Shown here in pieces: positions 49,171-59,785 of a stretch of DNA of 64,000 nucleotides (its first letter is position 1; each line of letters starts with the position of its first letter). The position numbers and the translations under genes are program-made. The notes below the pieces were generated by a model. It saw only the letters and a list, made by a program, of their open reading frames with translations. It did not search any database and was not told the DNA's origin. Origin of the DNA: Treponema sp. (GTDB lineage Bacteria > Spirochaetota > Spirochaetia > Treponematales > Treponemataceae); NCBI GenBank assembly GCA_016292805.1, contig JAEDFM010000004.1, positions 4,209-68,208 on the forward strand, given 5' to 3'.

Positions 49171-52008
49171 TTATTTCTTTAACATTTCCTTAATAAACTG
49201 TCCAGTATAGCTTTCCTTGCATTCAGCAACCTGCTCTGGAGTACCTGTTGCTATAATAGTACCACCACGGAAGCCGCCTTCAGGACCAAGGTCAATAATA
49301 TAGTCAGACTGGCAGATAACATCCAGGTTATGTTCAATCATTACAACACTGTTTCCCTGATCTACAAGTCGCTGAATTACTGTCATAAGCTGTTTTACAT
49401 CTGCAAAATGAAGTCCTGTAGTTGGTTCATCAAGAATGTACAAAGTCTTGCTTGTTGCAGGACGGGCAAGTTCATTTGCCAGTTTTACACGCTGTGCTTC
49501 GCCACCAGAAAGAGTAAGGGCATTCTGACCAAGGGAAATATAACCAAGTCCAACTGCCTGTAAGGTTGCAATTCGTTTATAAATATGAGGAATGCCAGCA
49601 AAGAAATCGCAGGCTTCGTCAATTGTCATATTTAAAACATCATTAATGGACTTACCCTTGTATTCCACTTCCAGAGTTTCTTTATTAAACCGTTTACCGT
49701 TACAAACTTCACACTGAACGTAAACATCAGGTAAAAAGTTCATTTCAATAATATTTTCACCAGCACCCTGACAGGCTTCACAACGACCACCTTTTACATT
49801 AAAACTAAAGCGGCCCTTCTGATAACCTCTTGCCTTACTTTCAGGTAAGCTGGCATACAAATCACGAATTGAATCAAATACGCCAACATAAGTTGCAGGA
49901 TTTGATCTGGGAGAACGGCCAATTGGACTCTGATCAATATTAATTACTTTATCAACAGCTTCAATACCTTCAATAGAATCGCAGGCTCCTACCGGATATT
50001 CAGTGCGCATTAATTTATTTGAAACAGCAGGATACAATACATCACTCATTAAAGTTGATTTACCAGAGCCAGACACACCGGTAATACAGGTAAAGCAGCC
50101 AAGAGGAATATCAACACTAACATTTTTAAGGTTGTGTTCGTAAACATTTTTAAGAGAAATAAATTTTCCGTTTCCCTTGCGTCGCTGTGCAGGAATATCC
50201 ATTTTTAATGTTCCCGCCAGATACTGACCAGTTAAACTTTCCTTTACCTTTGCAACTTCATCTGGGGTTCCGGCAGCCACAACTGTACCACCATTAACAC
50301 CAGCACCTGGCCCCATATCAATAAGATAATCTGCTGTTCGTAAAGTCTGTTCATCGTGTTCAACAACAATTACAGAGTTTCCGTTATCACGCAAGCTAAT
50401 TAGAGTATCTATAAGCCGCTGGTTATCTCTCTGATGCAAACCAATACTTGGTTCATCAAGAATATACATTACGCCGCAAAGAGCAGAACCAATCTGAGTA
50501 GCAAGACGAATTCGTTGAGCTTCGCCACCAGACAAGGTTTCGGCAGCTCGTTCCATAGTCAAATAATCAAGACCAACATCGCGAAGGAATCGCAAGCGGG
50601 CTCTGATTTCTTTTAACACCTGAGCACCAATTGTCAGTTCCGATTCTGTAAATTCAATTTCATCAAAAAACTTAATTGTGTCTGTTACAGAAAGCTTACA
50701 TAAATCCCAGATGTTTTTTCCGCCAATAGTAACACCAAGCGCTTCTGGTCTAAGACGATTTCCATGACAACAGGAACATTCAGAAACAGTCATAAACTTT
50801 TCTTCTATGTTAGTTCTCTGAGATTCTCCCCAAGCTTCCTTGTAACGCCTCTGCATTTCTGCAGCTACACCAATCCATGGACGATTATATTCAGATACCC
50901 CTTCTCCACTGGCTTTCTGATACAACCAGTGCAACTTCTTACCTGGATTTCCCATCCATAAATATTCGTACTGTTTTTCTGTAAGCTTATTTACAGGTGT
51001 ATCAAGAGTAAAACCTGCTTCCTCTGCTACAGCACCAAATACAGATCTGTTCCATTCACTTTCTGGATTAAAGAATGGCAAAGCACCTTCGTTAAAGCTG
51101 AGAGATTTATCTGGAAGAATTTTATTAAAATCCCATTCCATTTTTTCACCAAGCCCCGTACATTCAGGACAGGCACCAAATGGATTATTAAATGAAAATA
51201 ATCTTGGCTGCAAATCAGGAATAGAAATTCCGCAATCTGGACAGGCATTTTTCTGACTAAAGAAAACTTCAACCTCGTCTTCAGAATCAGGATCCTTACG
51301 AGTTACAATTACAATACCGTTTGCACTCTTAAGTGCAATTTCAATGGAATCTGCAAGACGACTTCGTATATCTTCTGTTTTTTTTATGCGGTCCACAACA
51401 ATTTCAATGGTGTGCTTTTTCTGTTTATCCAGTTTAATGTTTTCTTCCAGATCAGCCATTACACCATCAATTCTGGCACGAATAAAACCTGATTTTTTTG
51501 CATCATCAATAATTTTTTCGTGTTCACCCTTTTTACCGCGGATTACAGGTGCAAGAATCTGCATTTTTGTGCCGTCTGGCCATTTAAGGATTGTATCGAT
51601 AATCTGATCTACAGACTGTTCCTGAATTTCACGACCACAGTTAGGACAATGAGGCTTACCAATTCTTGCATAAAGCAGACGGTAAAAATCATAAATTTCA
51701 GTGATTGTACCAACTGTAGAACGAGGATTTCTATTTGTAGATTTCTGTTCAATTGAAATTGCAGGAGAAAGGCCTTCAATCAAGTCTACATCAGGCTTAT
51801 CCATGCGGCCAAGAAACTGGCGGGCATAAGAGGACAAGCTTTCCATATAACGGCGCTGTCCTTCTGCAAATAATGTATCAAAGGCTAAAGAAGATTTTCC
51901 GGAACCCGAAAGCCCCGAAATTACAACTAACTTATTACGAGGGAGCGTAACATCTACATTCTTAAGGTTGTGCTCCCTAGCTCCCTTAATTACAATTTTA
52001 TTTTCCAT
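49171..52008 (-). CDS. uvrA: Excinuclease ABC subunit A
   Basis: GAREHNLKN, two Walker A motifs GxSGSGKS, zinc fingers, two LSGGEAQR signatures. Confidence 0.98.
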   Translation of the reverse strand: MENKIVIKGAREHNLKNVDVTLPRNKLVVISGLSGSGKSSLAFDTLFAEGQRRYMESLSSYARQFLGRMDKPDVDLIEGLSPAISIEQKSTNRNPRSTVGTITEIYDFYRLLYARIGKPHCPNCGREIQEQSVDQIIDTILKWPDGTKMQILAPVIRGKKGEHEKIIDDAKKSGFIRARIDGVMADLEENIKLDKQKKHTIEIVVDRIKKTEDIRSRLADSIEIALKSANGIVIVTRKDPDSEDEVEVFFSQKNACPDCGISIPDLQPRLFSFNNPFGACPECTGLGEKMEWDFNKILPDKSLSFNEGALPFFNPESEWNRSVFGAVAEEAGFTLDTPVNKLTEKQYEYLWMGNPGKKLHWLYQKASGEGVSEYNRPWIGVAAEMQRRYKEAWGESQRTNIEEKFMTVSECSCCHGNRLRPEALGVTIGGKNIWDLCKLSVTDTIKFFDEIEFTESELTIGAQVLKEIRARLRFLRDVGLDYLTMERAAETLSGGEAQRIRLATQIGSALCGVMYILDEPSIGLHQRDNQRLIDTLISLRDNGNSVIVVEHDEQTLRTADYLIDMGPGAGVNGGTVVAAGTPDEVAKVKESLTGQYLAGTLKMDIPAQRRKGNGKFISLKNVYEHNLKNVSVDIPLGCFTCITGVSGSGKSTLMSDVLYPAVSNKLMRTEYPVGACDSIEGIEAVDKVINIDQSPIGRSPRSNPATYVGVFDSIRDLYASLPESKARGYQKGRFSFNVKGGRCEACQGAGENIIEMNFLPDVYVQCEVCNGKRFNKETLEVEYKGKSINDVLNMTIDEACDFFAGIPHIYKRIATLQAVGLGYISLGQNALTLSGGEAQRVKLANELARPATSKTLYILDEPTTGLHFADVKQLMTVIQRLVDQGNSVVMIEHNLDVICQSDYIIDLGPEGGFRGGTIIATGTPEQVAECKESYTGQFIKEMLKK

Positions 52009-52022
52009 GCTTGTATCTGATT

Positions 52023-52580
52023 TTATTCTACAAAAACCGAACCTGTTTCAGAAATATTAATGATAGCCTTACAATTTATACATCTGAAACGACCAGCTTT
52101 CTGTGCTTTAAGACTCTTTGCACAAGATGGACATGTAACCAGTTTAGGGAAAACTTCGCCGTTACCTGCCACCCCTGCATTCTGAGTAATATAACTATAA
52201 GCTTCTTCCAAAGTAGGAATGATTTTAAAGAATTGTGTAAAGCCTAATAATTCAATTGTTTCGTAAATATTCTGCTGAACATTTACAAGAATAATATTAC
52301 CATTATTCTGGTGCACAATTTTCAGAAGATTTGTTAAAACTCCAAATCCTGTAGATGCTACACCAGTTATTTTAGAGCAATCCATAATAATATTTACAAA
52401 GCCACAAGCAATAATCTTATTTACCTGATTTTGAAAGAAAGAAGAATTATATGTATCAATATATCCGGTCAAGGAACAAATACAACCATTTGGAAGTACA
52501 TCAATCTTCTGAAGCTTGAATTTTAATACATCATTCTGTTCATCATCAAAACCAGGAACTAAAACATTATTTGAATCCAT
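52023..52580 (-). CDS. STAS-domain anti-sigma-factor antagonist with a C-terminal zinc ribbon
   Basis: [26 protein letters not shown]...FRCINC. Confidence 0.85.
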   Translation of the reverse strand: MDSNNVLVPGFDDEQNDVLKFKLQKIDVLPNGCICSLTGYIDTYNSSFFQNQVNKIIACGFVNIIMDCSKITGVASTGFGVLTNLLKIVHQNNGNIILVNVQQNIYETIELLGFTQFFKIIPTLEEAYSYITQNAGVAGNGEVFPKLVTCPSCAKSLKAQKAGRFRCINCKAIINISETGSVFVE

Positions 52581-52638
52581 ATTATCCCCCTTCTGCAAAA
52601 ACTATGGATAGCTCTCAACTTTTTTATAATATGAATTT

Positions 52639-54144
52639 CTAATTAGCTTTAATGCTGTTTTTTACGATTACGTCGTGAGCACCACCTTCGCGGATAGATG
52701 CAGCACTTACCATTGTAATTTTAGCATTTTTCTGTAAATCCGGAATATTTACAACACCACAGTTACACATAGCATGAATTACCTTGCTTGTTGTAAGAGT
52801 TACGTTATCGTGGAGTGAACCAGCATATGGAACATAAGAATCTACACCTTCTTCAAAGGCCATTCCTTTCTTTCCACCTAAGTCATAGCGCTGCCAGTTG
52901 CGGGCACGGTTAGAACCTTCACCCCAGTATTCTTTTACATAAGTACCATTAACAATAAGTTTGTTTGTTGGAGATTCATCAAAACGAGCAAAGTAACGGC
53001 CAAGCATTACAAAGTCTGCACCCATAGCCAAAGCCAGTGTTACATGATGATCATAAACAATACCACCGTCAGAACAGATAGGAATATAAATACCTGTTTT
53101 TTCGTAATAAGCATCGCGAGCCTTTGCAACTTCAATAGTAGCAGTAGCCTGACCACGACCAATACCCTTCTGTTCACGAGTAATACAGATTGAACCACCA
53201 CCAATACCAATCTTAACAAAGTCAGCACCAGCATCTGCAAGGAAGTTGAAACCATCAGCATCAACAACATTACCAGCACCAACCTTTGCATTTGGCCATT
53301 TAGCGTGAATATCCTGCAAAGCACGACGCTGCCATTCTGTAAATCCTTCTGATGAATCTAAAGTCATTACATCAACACCAGCTTTAAGCAAAGCAGGAAC
53401 TCGTTCCATATAGTCGCGGGTATTAATACCAGCACCTACGATATAGCGTTTCTTTGAATCAAGAAGTTCAAGTGGATGCTCCTGGTGGCTTGCAGCATCC
53501 TTACGGAATACAAAGCTTACAAGTTTGCCATTTCCATCTACTACTGGAAGCTGATTGATTTTATTCTTCCAGATAATATCGTTTGCTTCTTCAAGAGTAA
53601 TACCATCTTTTGCCATAACAAGTTTAGCAAGTGGTGTCATATATTCTTCAACTTTCGCATCTGGTGCACAGTGATTAATACGGAAATCGCGGTCTGTAAT
53701 AATTCCAAGAAGTTTTCCGTTAGCTGTACCGTCTTCTGTAACAGCTACTGTTGAATGACCAGTATGTTCAATTGCTTCTACAAGTTCTGTAAGAGTCTGA
53801 TCAGGTCTGATATTTGTATCAGATGATACGAATCCGGCTTTATAAGCCTTTACACGAGCAACCATGGCAGCCTGATTTTCAATTGTCTGAGAACCATAAA
53901 TAAAGGAAATTCCACCTTCCTTAGCAAGTGCAACTGCAAGCTTATCATCAGAAACAGCCTGCATTACAGCAGAAGTCATTGGAATATTCATTGTAAGAGG
54001 ACATTTTTCTCCAGCCTTTTTGTTATAACGAACTACAGGTGTCTGCAATGAAACATTAGCAGGAATACAATCTGGACCTGTATAACCAGGAACTAAAAGG
54101 TATTCATCAAATGTGTGAGATGGTTCTTCAAAAATGTAAGCCAT
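52639..54144 (-). CDS. guaB: IMP dehydrogenase
   Basis: CBS pair, catalytic [28 protein letters not shown]. Confidence 0.95.
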   Translation of the reverse strand: MAYIFEEPSHTFDEYLLVPGYTGPDCIPANVSLQTPVVRYNKKAGEKCPLTMNIPMTSAVMQAVSDDKLAVALAKEGGISFIYGSQTIENQAAMVARVKAYKAGFVSSDTNIRPDQTLTELVEAIEHTGHSTVAVTEDGTANGKLLGIITDRDFRINHCAPDAKVEEYMTPLAKLVMAKDGITLEEANDIIWKNKINQLPVVDGNGKLVSFVFRKDAASHQEHPLELLDSKKRYIVGAGINTRDYMERVPALLKAGVDVMTLDSSEGFTEWQRRALQDIHAKWPNAKVGAGNVVDADGFNFLADAGADFVKIGIGGGSICITREQKGIGRGQATATIEVAKARDAYYEKTGIYIPICSDGGIVYDHHVTLALAMGADFVMLGRYFARFDESPTNKLIVNGTYVKEYWGEGSNRARNWQRYDLGGKKGMAFEEGVDSYVPYAGSLHDNVTLTTSKVIHAMCNCGVVNIPDLQKNAKITMVSAASIREGGAHDVIVKNSIKAN

Positions 54145-54390
54145 AGTGGTTGTGTGCTCCTTAGGACAATTCTTTAGTCCTATTTTTAGTTAATAAAGTA
54201 TAATATTAACAACTAATTATAATCATTTTTGCGGTTTTATACAATCGTAACTATCTATAACAAATCGATTTGTTCCAAAACAGTTTCTTGAATTATTTAA
54301 TTACAAAGATATATCCAAGATAAAATCGAAAAACACCTTTAGAATTTCTATTCTTAATAATAGATAAGAATTGTTTAACCCTTCTATTTC

Positions 54391-54514
54391 TGATATTATC
54401 TATATGTAAAAACACCTTGCGATGATTCAGCGAGTGCTTTTACACTTAGAATATATCTAATTCTAAAAACATTATCTTTTATATCCGCGATGATTCTGCG
54501 GAAAGGAAGTAACC
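54391..54514 (+). promoter_or_regulatory. purA promoter (TGaTATTAT) and structured leader with two GATGATTCW-loop hairpins
   Basis: Hairpins at 54405-54444 and 54484-54502 share GCGATGATTC(A/T)GCG; the second abuts the AAAGGA SD. Confidence 0.55.
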
Positions 54515-55738
54515 ATGAACATTGTAGTTATGGGTGCCCAGTGGGGCGATGAAGGTAAAGGTAAAATCGTTGATTACCTTGCTCAGGATGCAAAATACGT
54601 TGTTCGCTTTGCCGGCGGTGCTAATGCAGGTCACACAATTGTAGTTGATGGAAAGAAATATGCTCTCCACCAGGTTCCAAGTGGAATCCTCTATCCGGAA
54701 AAAACAGTTTTCCTTGGTTCAGGTATGGTAATTGATCCTGAAGCTCTCTTCAAAGAACTTCAGATGCTTAAAGACAACGGTGTAAACTGGGAAGGTCGTA
54801 TTTTTATCTCTGACCGTGCTCACCTTACATTACCAGGCTACCGCCAGATGGATAAAGACCGGGACGCAGCTCGTAAACGCCCAATCGGTACAACAGGCCG
54901 TGGTATTGGTACAACTTATTCAATGAAATCAGAACGTGATGGTATCCGTGTTGCTGACCTTGACTGGGAAGAAAAATGGAATGACCTTGACGATGCAGAT
55001 AAAGAATTCCTAAATCAGTACAAGGACCAGCTTATTGGTATGCGTGTAAATCTTGCAGCTAAAATGTATGAATACCGCAACGAAAACATTCTTTTTGAAG
55101 GTGCACAGGGTGCTATGCTTGATATTGATTCAGGTACATATCCATATGTATCTTCAGGTGCTTCTGGTTCTTACGGTGCTTCTTCTGGTTCAGGAATTGG
55201 TCCTAAAGCTTTGGACAAAATCTACGGTGTATTCAAGGCTTATGAAACACGCGTAGGTAACGGTCCTATGCCATCAGAATTCGATGCAGAAACAGAAGGC
55301 GAACTTTGCGACTATGTACGCAATACAGGTAACGAATTTGGTGTTACAACAGGTCGTCCACGCCGCTGTGGTTACCTTGACTTGGTAGCTCTCCGCTATG
55401 CTTGTCATGTAAACTCAATCGACAACCTGGTTCTTACTCACCTTGATATTTATGATGACATGAACGAAATTGAAGCTTGTGTTGCATATAACATTGATGG
55501 AAAAATCGTAACTGACTTCCCAGCTTCTATTCCTGATTTGAACAAGGCTAAACCTGTTCTTCAGAAATTCAAGGGATGGAAAGAAGACATTACAAAATGT
55601 ACATCATATAAGAAGCTTCCAAAAGCAGCTAAAGAATATGTTGAATTCATCGAAGACTTTACAGGAACAAAAGTTGGTATCGTTTCTGTAGGTGCAGATA
55701 GAAATCAGACATTCATCCGCGATAAAATTTGGCGTTAA
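54515..55738 (+). CDS. purA: Adenylosuccinate synthetase
   Basis: GAQWGDEGKGK, GGANAGHT, IGTTGRGIG, FEGAQG, EFGVTTGRPRRCG. Confidence 0.98.
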   Translation: MNIVVMGAQWGDEGKGKIVDYLAQDAKYVVRFAGGANAGHTIVVDGKKYALHQVPSGILYPEKTVFLGSGMVIDPEALFKELQMLKDNGVNWEGRIFISDRAHLTLPGYRQMDKDRDAARKRPIGTTGRGIGTTYSMKSERDGIRVADLDWEEKWNDLDDADKEFLNQYKDQLIGMRVNLAAKMYEYRNENILFEGAQGAMLDIDSGTYPYVSSGASGSYGASSGSGIGPKALDKIYGVFKAYETRVGNGPMPSEFDAETEGELCDYVRNTGNEFGVTTGRPRRCGYLDLVALRYACHVNSIDNLVLTHLDIYDDMNEIEACVAYNIDGKIVTDFPASIPDLNKAKPVLQKFKGWKEDITKCTSYKKLPKAAKEYVEFIEDFTGTKVGIVSVGADRNQTFIRDKIWR

Positions 55739-55741
55739 TCC

Positions 55742-55918
55742 GCTGCGCGAAGCAGCTGCCTCTTAACGGGGACCGTCTGTGGCGGCTCATAGCACCAGAC
55801 GGAAAATGTTTGCATTTTTAATTTTTGTTAAGCACACGGATTTGTATTTTTCTACGAAAAAATTACTTTATTTAAAAGTGGTTTACCTGGAAAATCAAAA
55901 GTCCGTGTGCTATTTTTT
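55742..55918 (+). other. Multi-hairpin intergenic element after purA, ending in a terminator-like long-loop stem
   Basis: GCTGC-GCGAA-GCAGC; CCGTCTG/CAGACGG; AGCACACGGATTT(55831-55843)/AAGTCCGTGTGCT(55899-55911) followed by A-T6. Confidence 0.5.
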
Positions 55919-55929
55919 AGGATTACACA

Positions 55930-57150
55930 GTGAAAAAAAATTATTTATTGACATTTTTATCTTTTCTTTTCTTTTTCACTGCCTGTCAGTCCACAAAGGC
56001 CGACTTAAACAATAAAGTCACATCCCCTATTCTACCGAAAGCCCCAGCACAAAAAATCCAGGATGAAAAAACAAGCAAGTCTCAACTGAACCTGCTTTTT
56101 GCAGGTGATATTATGGCTCATTCTGTAAACTACAATGTGCGTAACTATAACAAAATCTGGGAAAGCATTTCAGAAACGGTTCTTTCTGCAGATCTGGCTT
56201 TTGGAAACATTGAATCCCCTGTAGATACTACAAAAGAAGCCAGCTCATATCCTCAATTTAATATGACAAAAAAATATCTGCAGGCAGCTATAGATTCTGG
56301 CTTCGATGTATTTTCTCTTTGCAATAATCATACTAATGACTGGTTTTTAGAAGGAATAAAAGAAACTGTAAAAACTACAAATGAACTTACAGAAGACGAG
56401 CTTAAAGAAGGCCATCACATATATTTTTCTGGGGTAAAAAATAAACCAGAGGATGAATACACATGGAACTACATTGAACGCAACGGCTGGAAAATAATAT
56501 TTCTTCCAATAACTGAACTTTTAAACCGCAACGATGCAGCTTCCTATATCAACTTTGTAAAACCAAAAGAAGCAGACAGAACAAAGCTTAAAAATTTCAT
56601 TAAAAAACTGAATAATGAATATCCTAACGATTTGTTCATTCTATCGGTTCACACAGCAGAACCAGAATATGTACGGGCTGTAACTCAGGAACAGGAAGAT
56701 TTTTACAAAGAGCTGCTGGATTGCGGAGTTGATGTTCTTTGGGCAAACCATGCTCACATTATTAAAGACCGAAAATATATTTTCAATGTAGAAAATAATA
56801 CTCAGAAGGTAATTATGTACGCCAATGGAAATACTATCAGTGGACAGCGCACAAAACCTGACTTTGTTGCAAAAACACCAGCCACCGAAAGAGATAATAC
56901 AGGCGACGGTCTAATGGTACAGATTACTTTTACAAAAGACACAAAAGGCAAAAAAGCCCATATTACTAAAGCAGAAAACATTTTCATTACCACATATATT
57001 AATTCAGCCTGGGAGTTTGTTATAAAACCTATGAATCAAGCTTTCATCGATTATCTTTATGAAGTAAAAAGAGATGATTGGGCTAATTACATAGAAAAAC
57101 GTATGAAAATTAACAATACCTATACAAAGGATTTATTAGAATGGCAATAG
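55930..57150 (+). CDS. CapA family metallophosphoesterase-fold lipoprotein
   Basis: GTG start, lipobox FFTAC; FAGDIMAH, GNIESP, FSLCNNHTND, HAHI. Confidence 0.85.
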   Translation: MKKNYLLTFLSFLFFFTACQSTKADLNNKVTSPILPKAPAQKIQDEKTSKSQLNLLFAGDIMAHSVNYNVRNYNKIWESISETVLSADLAFGNIESPVDTTKEASSYPQFNMTKKYLQAAIDSGFDVFSLCNNHTNDWFLEGIKETVKTTNELTEDELKEGHHIYFSGVKNKPEDEYTWNYIERNGWKIIFLPITELLNRNDAASYINFVKPKEADRTKLKNFIKKLNNEYPNDLFILSVHTAEPEYVRAVTQEQEDFYKELLDCGVDVLWANHAHIIKDRKYIFNVENNTQKVIMYANGNTISGQRTKPDFVAKTPATERDNTGDGLMVQITFTKDTKGKKAHITKAENIFITTYINSAWEFVIKPMNQAFIDYLYEVKRDDWANYIEKRMKINNTYTKDLLEWQ

Positions 57151-59732
57151 ACTATAAAAATTTACCAGTATATGCACAAAAACAGAAAATATTGGACTGT
57201 CTGGAATCAAATCAGGTTGTAATTGTAGAAAGTCCTACTGGTTCCGGTAAAACAACTCAGATTCCTGTAATTTTATACGAAGCTGGTTATGCTACAAACG
57301 GTATAATTGGTGTAACTCAGCCACGCCGTATTGCAGCACTTTCTGTAAGCGAATTTATTTCAAAGCAGATGGATACACCATATCCCGGCCTTGTTGGTTA
57401 CAAAATGCGTTTTGAAGATGTAACCAGTAAAGACACCAGAATCAAAATTATGACAGATGGTATTTTGTTGCAGGAAATGAAGCTTGATCCATGGCTTTCA
57501 AAATACTCAGTTTTAATGATTGACGAAGCTCACGAACGCAGCCTGAACATTGACTTTGTACTTGGCCTTGTAAAACGAGTTTTACAGGAACGAAAAGACT
57601 TCCATGTAATTGTAAGCTCAGCAACAATGAATACTCAGGTTTTCAGCGAATACTTTGGCGGTGCTCCAATCGTTTCTATTGATACTGTAACTTATCCAGT
57701 AAGCCTTATTTATGACCCAATTAAAGGTGGCTCAACAACAACTACAGAAGCAGGCTGCGACCAGATTCTTTCAAAAATCTGCAACACAATAGACCGTGTA
57801 TTAGATAATGATGAAGATGATGGAGGCATTCTTGTTTTCCTTCCTGGCGAAAAGATTATTAAAGACTGCGTAGACAGACTCTATCACGCACCATTTTCCA
57901 GAAAGCTTCATATTCTGCCGCTGTATGGCCGTCTTCCAAAAGAACAGCAGGAGCTTGTATTTGATCCAGCACCAGAAGGAAAACGCAAGGTTGTAATTTC
58001 AACAAATATTGCAGAAACCTCTGTTACTATCAGTGATATAACTACTGTAATTGATTCTGGATTATGTAAGCTTAATTTTTACAGTCCAAGAACCTTTACT
58101 TCATCTCTTATTGAATCTACAGTTTCAAAAGCCAGCTGTAACCAGCGAAAAGGACGAGCAGGACGAACCCACGAAGGTACCTGTTACCGCCTTTATTCCC
58201 GACAGGATTTTGAATCCCGTCCATTATACACAACAGAAGAAATTTACCGCACAGACTTAAGTGAAGTTGTTCTACAGATGGCTGATTTAGGCATCACTGA
58301 CTTCTACGGGTTTGACTTTATCTCTAATCCGGGCAAGGAGGGAATTATAGGTGCCGTTGAAACATTAAAAATGCTGGGGGCACTTGAAGATGACAACTAT
58401 CTTTCATCTATCGGTAAAATGATGTGCCGCTTCCCTCTTGAACCAAGAATCAGCCGTATTATTGTAGAAGCAATAATGCGTTTCCCAGATGTACTTGATA
58501 AAACCCTTATTGCAGCTTCATTCCTTAGTGCAAACTCTCCATTTGTTTTACCACTTAACGAAGAAATGGAAGCCAGAAAAGCACACCACCGTTTCCGGGA
58601 TATGACTGGAGACTTTGGTACATATCTGAATCTTTTCCACGCTTATAAACAGACAGACAACAGAGAAAAATTCTGTAAAAAGAATTATCTTGATGAACGG
58701 GTAATGGCGGAAATTGAAAACATTAACTTCCAGCTTACAGAAATTGTAAACGAAAAAATGGGGATTCCTGTTATGGAAGGTAAAGGCAGCATGCAGGATT
58801 ATTTGTGCTGTATTGCAGCAGGTATGATTCAGTTTGTTTGTATACGTAATGGTCGTGAAAGTTACCGATCCATTACAGCAGATCATATCTGCATTCATCC
58901 AGGTTCTGTTATGTTCCGTCAGGATCCATTATTTATTGTTGCAGGTGAAATTGTAAAAACCTCCCGTATTTTTGCAATGAGTGTTTCGCCACTTACAAAA
59001 CCAATGCTTGATATTATCAATCCAGCTTTACATGAACGATTATTAGCCTGCAAACACAATAAAGCTACAGAACCTTCTTTCAAGAAAACAGAAATTGTTC
59101 GCAAGGACGGTAAAAAATCTAAAGCAGAAAAGAAATTTGACCGTGAACAGAAAGCCCTTTCAGAAGAAGCAGAAGCAAATGCTCTGTCTCTTGGAGAATT
59201 TCTTTTTGAAACAAAGAAAATTAAAGGCAAAAAGACAGCTATTCTTCCATTAGACTATTTCCGTTTAGCAATTCTTCAGGAAAAAGATAAAGCAAAACTT
59301 AATGCCTGTGGAAATTTAAAAGGCCAGATTATAACAAAAGATCACGGAACAATGATGGATGGCGAAAAAATGTCATTAATCATCAATACAATTAAAAACC
59401 TGGATCTTACGCCTATTTCTGAGAAAAAATGGAACCGTCATTTGAATGCAAATATAAATGATCCTGTTGGAAAAGAAAGTCTTATAGATTCTTTAGATTG
59501 GATAATGCGTACTGCTATGGCTAAACAGAAGAACAAAGAATATGGTTTTATAACATTATTCACCGACAGCCACGGAAATTACTGGTACAAAGTTTCCAGA
59601 GGCTTTTCTACAGCAGTAACAGAAACTCATTCTTCATTAGAAAACTTAATTGAAGAAAATATAGATTTTTCTGAAGAAGAAAAAAAGAAAATCAGTGAAA
59701 AGCTCAGAGAAATAAATAAACTATATGAATAA
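57141..59732 (+). CDS. hrpA: DEAH-box ATP-dependent RNA helicase (HrpA-like)
   Basis: PTGSGKTTQ, TQPRRIAA, DEAHERS, SAT, STNIAETS, QRKGRAGR, HA2 region. Confidence 0.9.
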   Translation: MAIDYKNLPVYAQKQKILDCLESNQVVIVESPTGSGKTTQIPVILYEAGYATNGIIGVTQPRRIAALSVSEFISKQMDTPYPGLVGYKMRFEDVTSKDTRIKIMTDGILLQEMKLDPWLSKYSVLMIDEAHERSLNIDFVLGLVKRVLQERKDFHVIVSSATMNTQVFSEYFGGAPIVSIDTVTYPVSLIYDPIKGGSTTTTEAGCDQILSKICNTIDRVLDNDEDDGGILVFLPGEKIIKDCVDRLYHAPFSRKLHILPLYGRLPKEQQELVFDPAPEGKRKVVISTNIAETSVTISDITTVIDSGLCKLNFYSPRTFTSSLIESTVSKASCNQRKGRAGRTHEGTCYRLYSRQDFESRPLYTTEEIYRTDLSEVVLQMADLGITDFYGFDFISNPGKEGIIGAVETLKMLGALEDDNYLSSIGKMMCRFPLEPRISRIIVEAIMRFPDVLDKTLIAASFLSANSPFVLPLNEEMEARKAHHRFRDMTGDFGTYLNLFHAYKQTDNREKFCKKNYLDERVMAEIENINFQLTEIVNEKMGIPVMEGKGSMQDYLCCIAAGMIQFVCIRNGRESYRSITADHICIHPGSVMFRQDPLFIVAGEIVKTSRIFAMSVSPLTKPMLDIINPALHERLLACKHNKATEPSFKKTEIVRKDGKKSKAEKKFDREQKALSEEAEANALSLGEFLFETKKIKGKKTAILPLDYFRLAILQEKDKAKLNACGNLKGQIITKDHGTMMDGEKMSLIINTIKNLDLTPISEKKWNRHLNANINDPVGKESLIDSLDWIMRTAMAKQKNKEYGFITLFTDSHGNYWYKVSRGFSTAVTETHSSLENLIEENIDFSEEEKKKISEKLREINKLYE

Positions 59733-59738
59733 AATAAA

Positions 59739-59781
59739 AGGGATGTCTAAAAAGTAATCAAAACTTCTTTTAGACATCCCT
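59739..59781. terminator. Terminator hairpin between convergent hrpA and the HEAT-repeat gene
   Basis: 14-bp stem AGGGATGTCTAAAA/TTTTAGACATCCCT. Confidence 0.75.
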
Positions 59782-59785
59782 ATCT

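Noticed and set aside
55930..57150. Poly-gamma-glutamate capsule locus
   Set aside because: Only a stand-alone CapA-family gene; no capB or capC nearby
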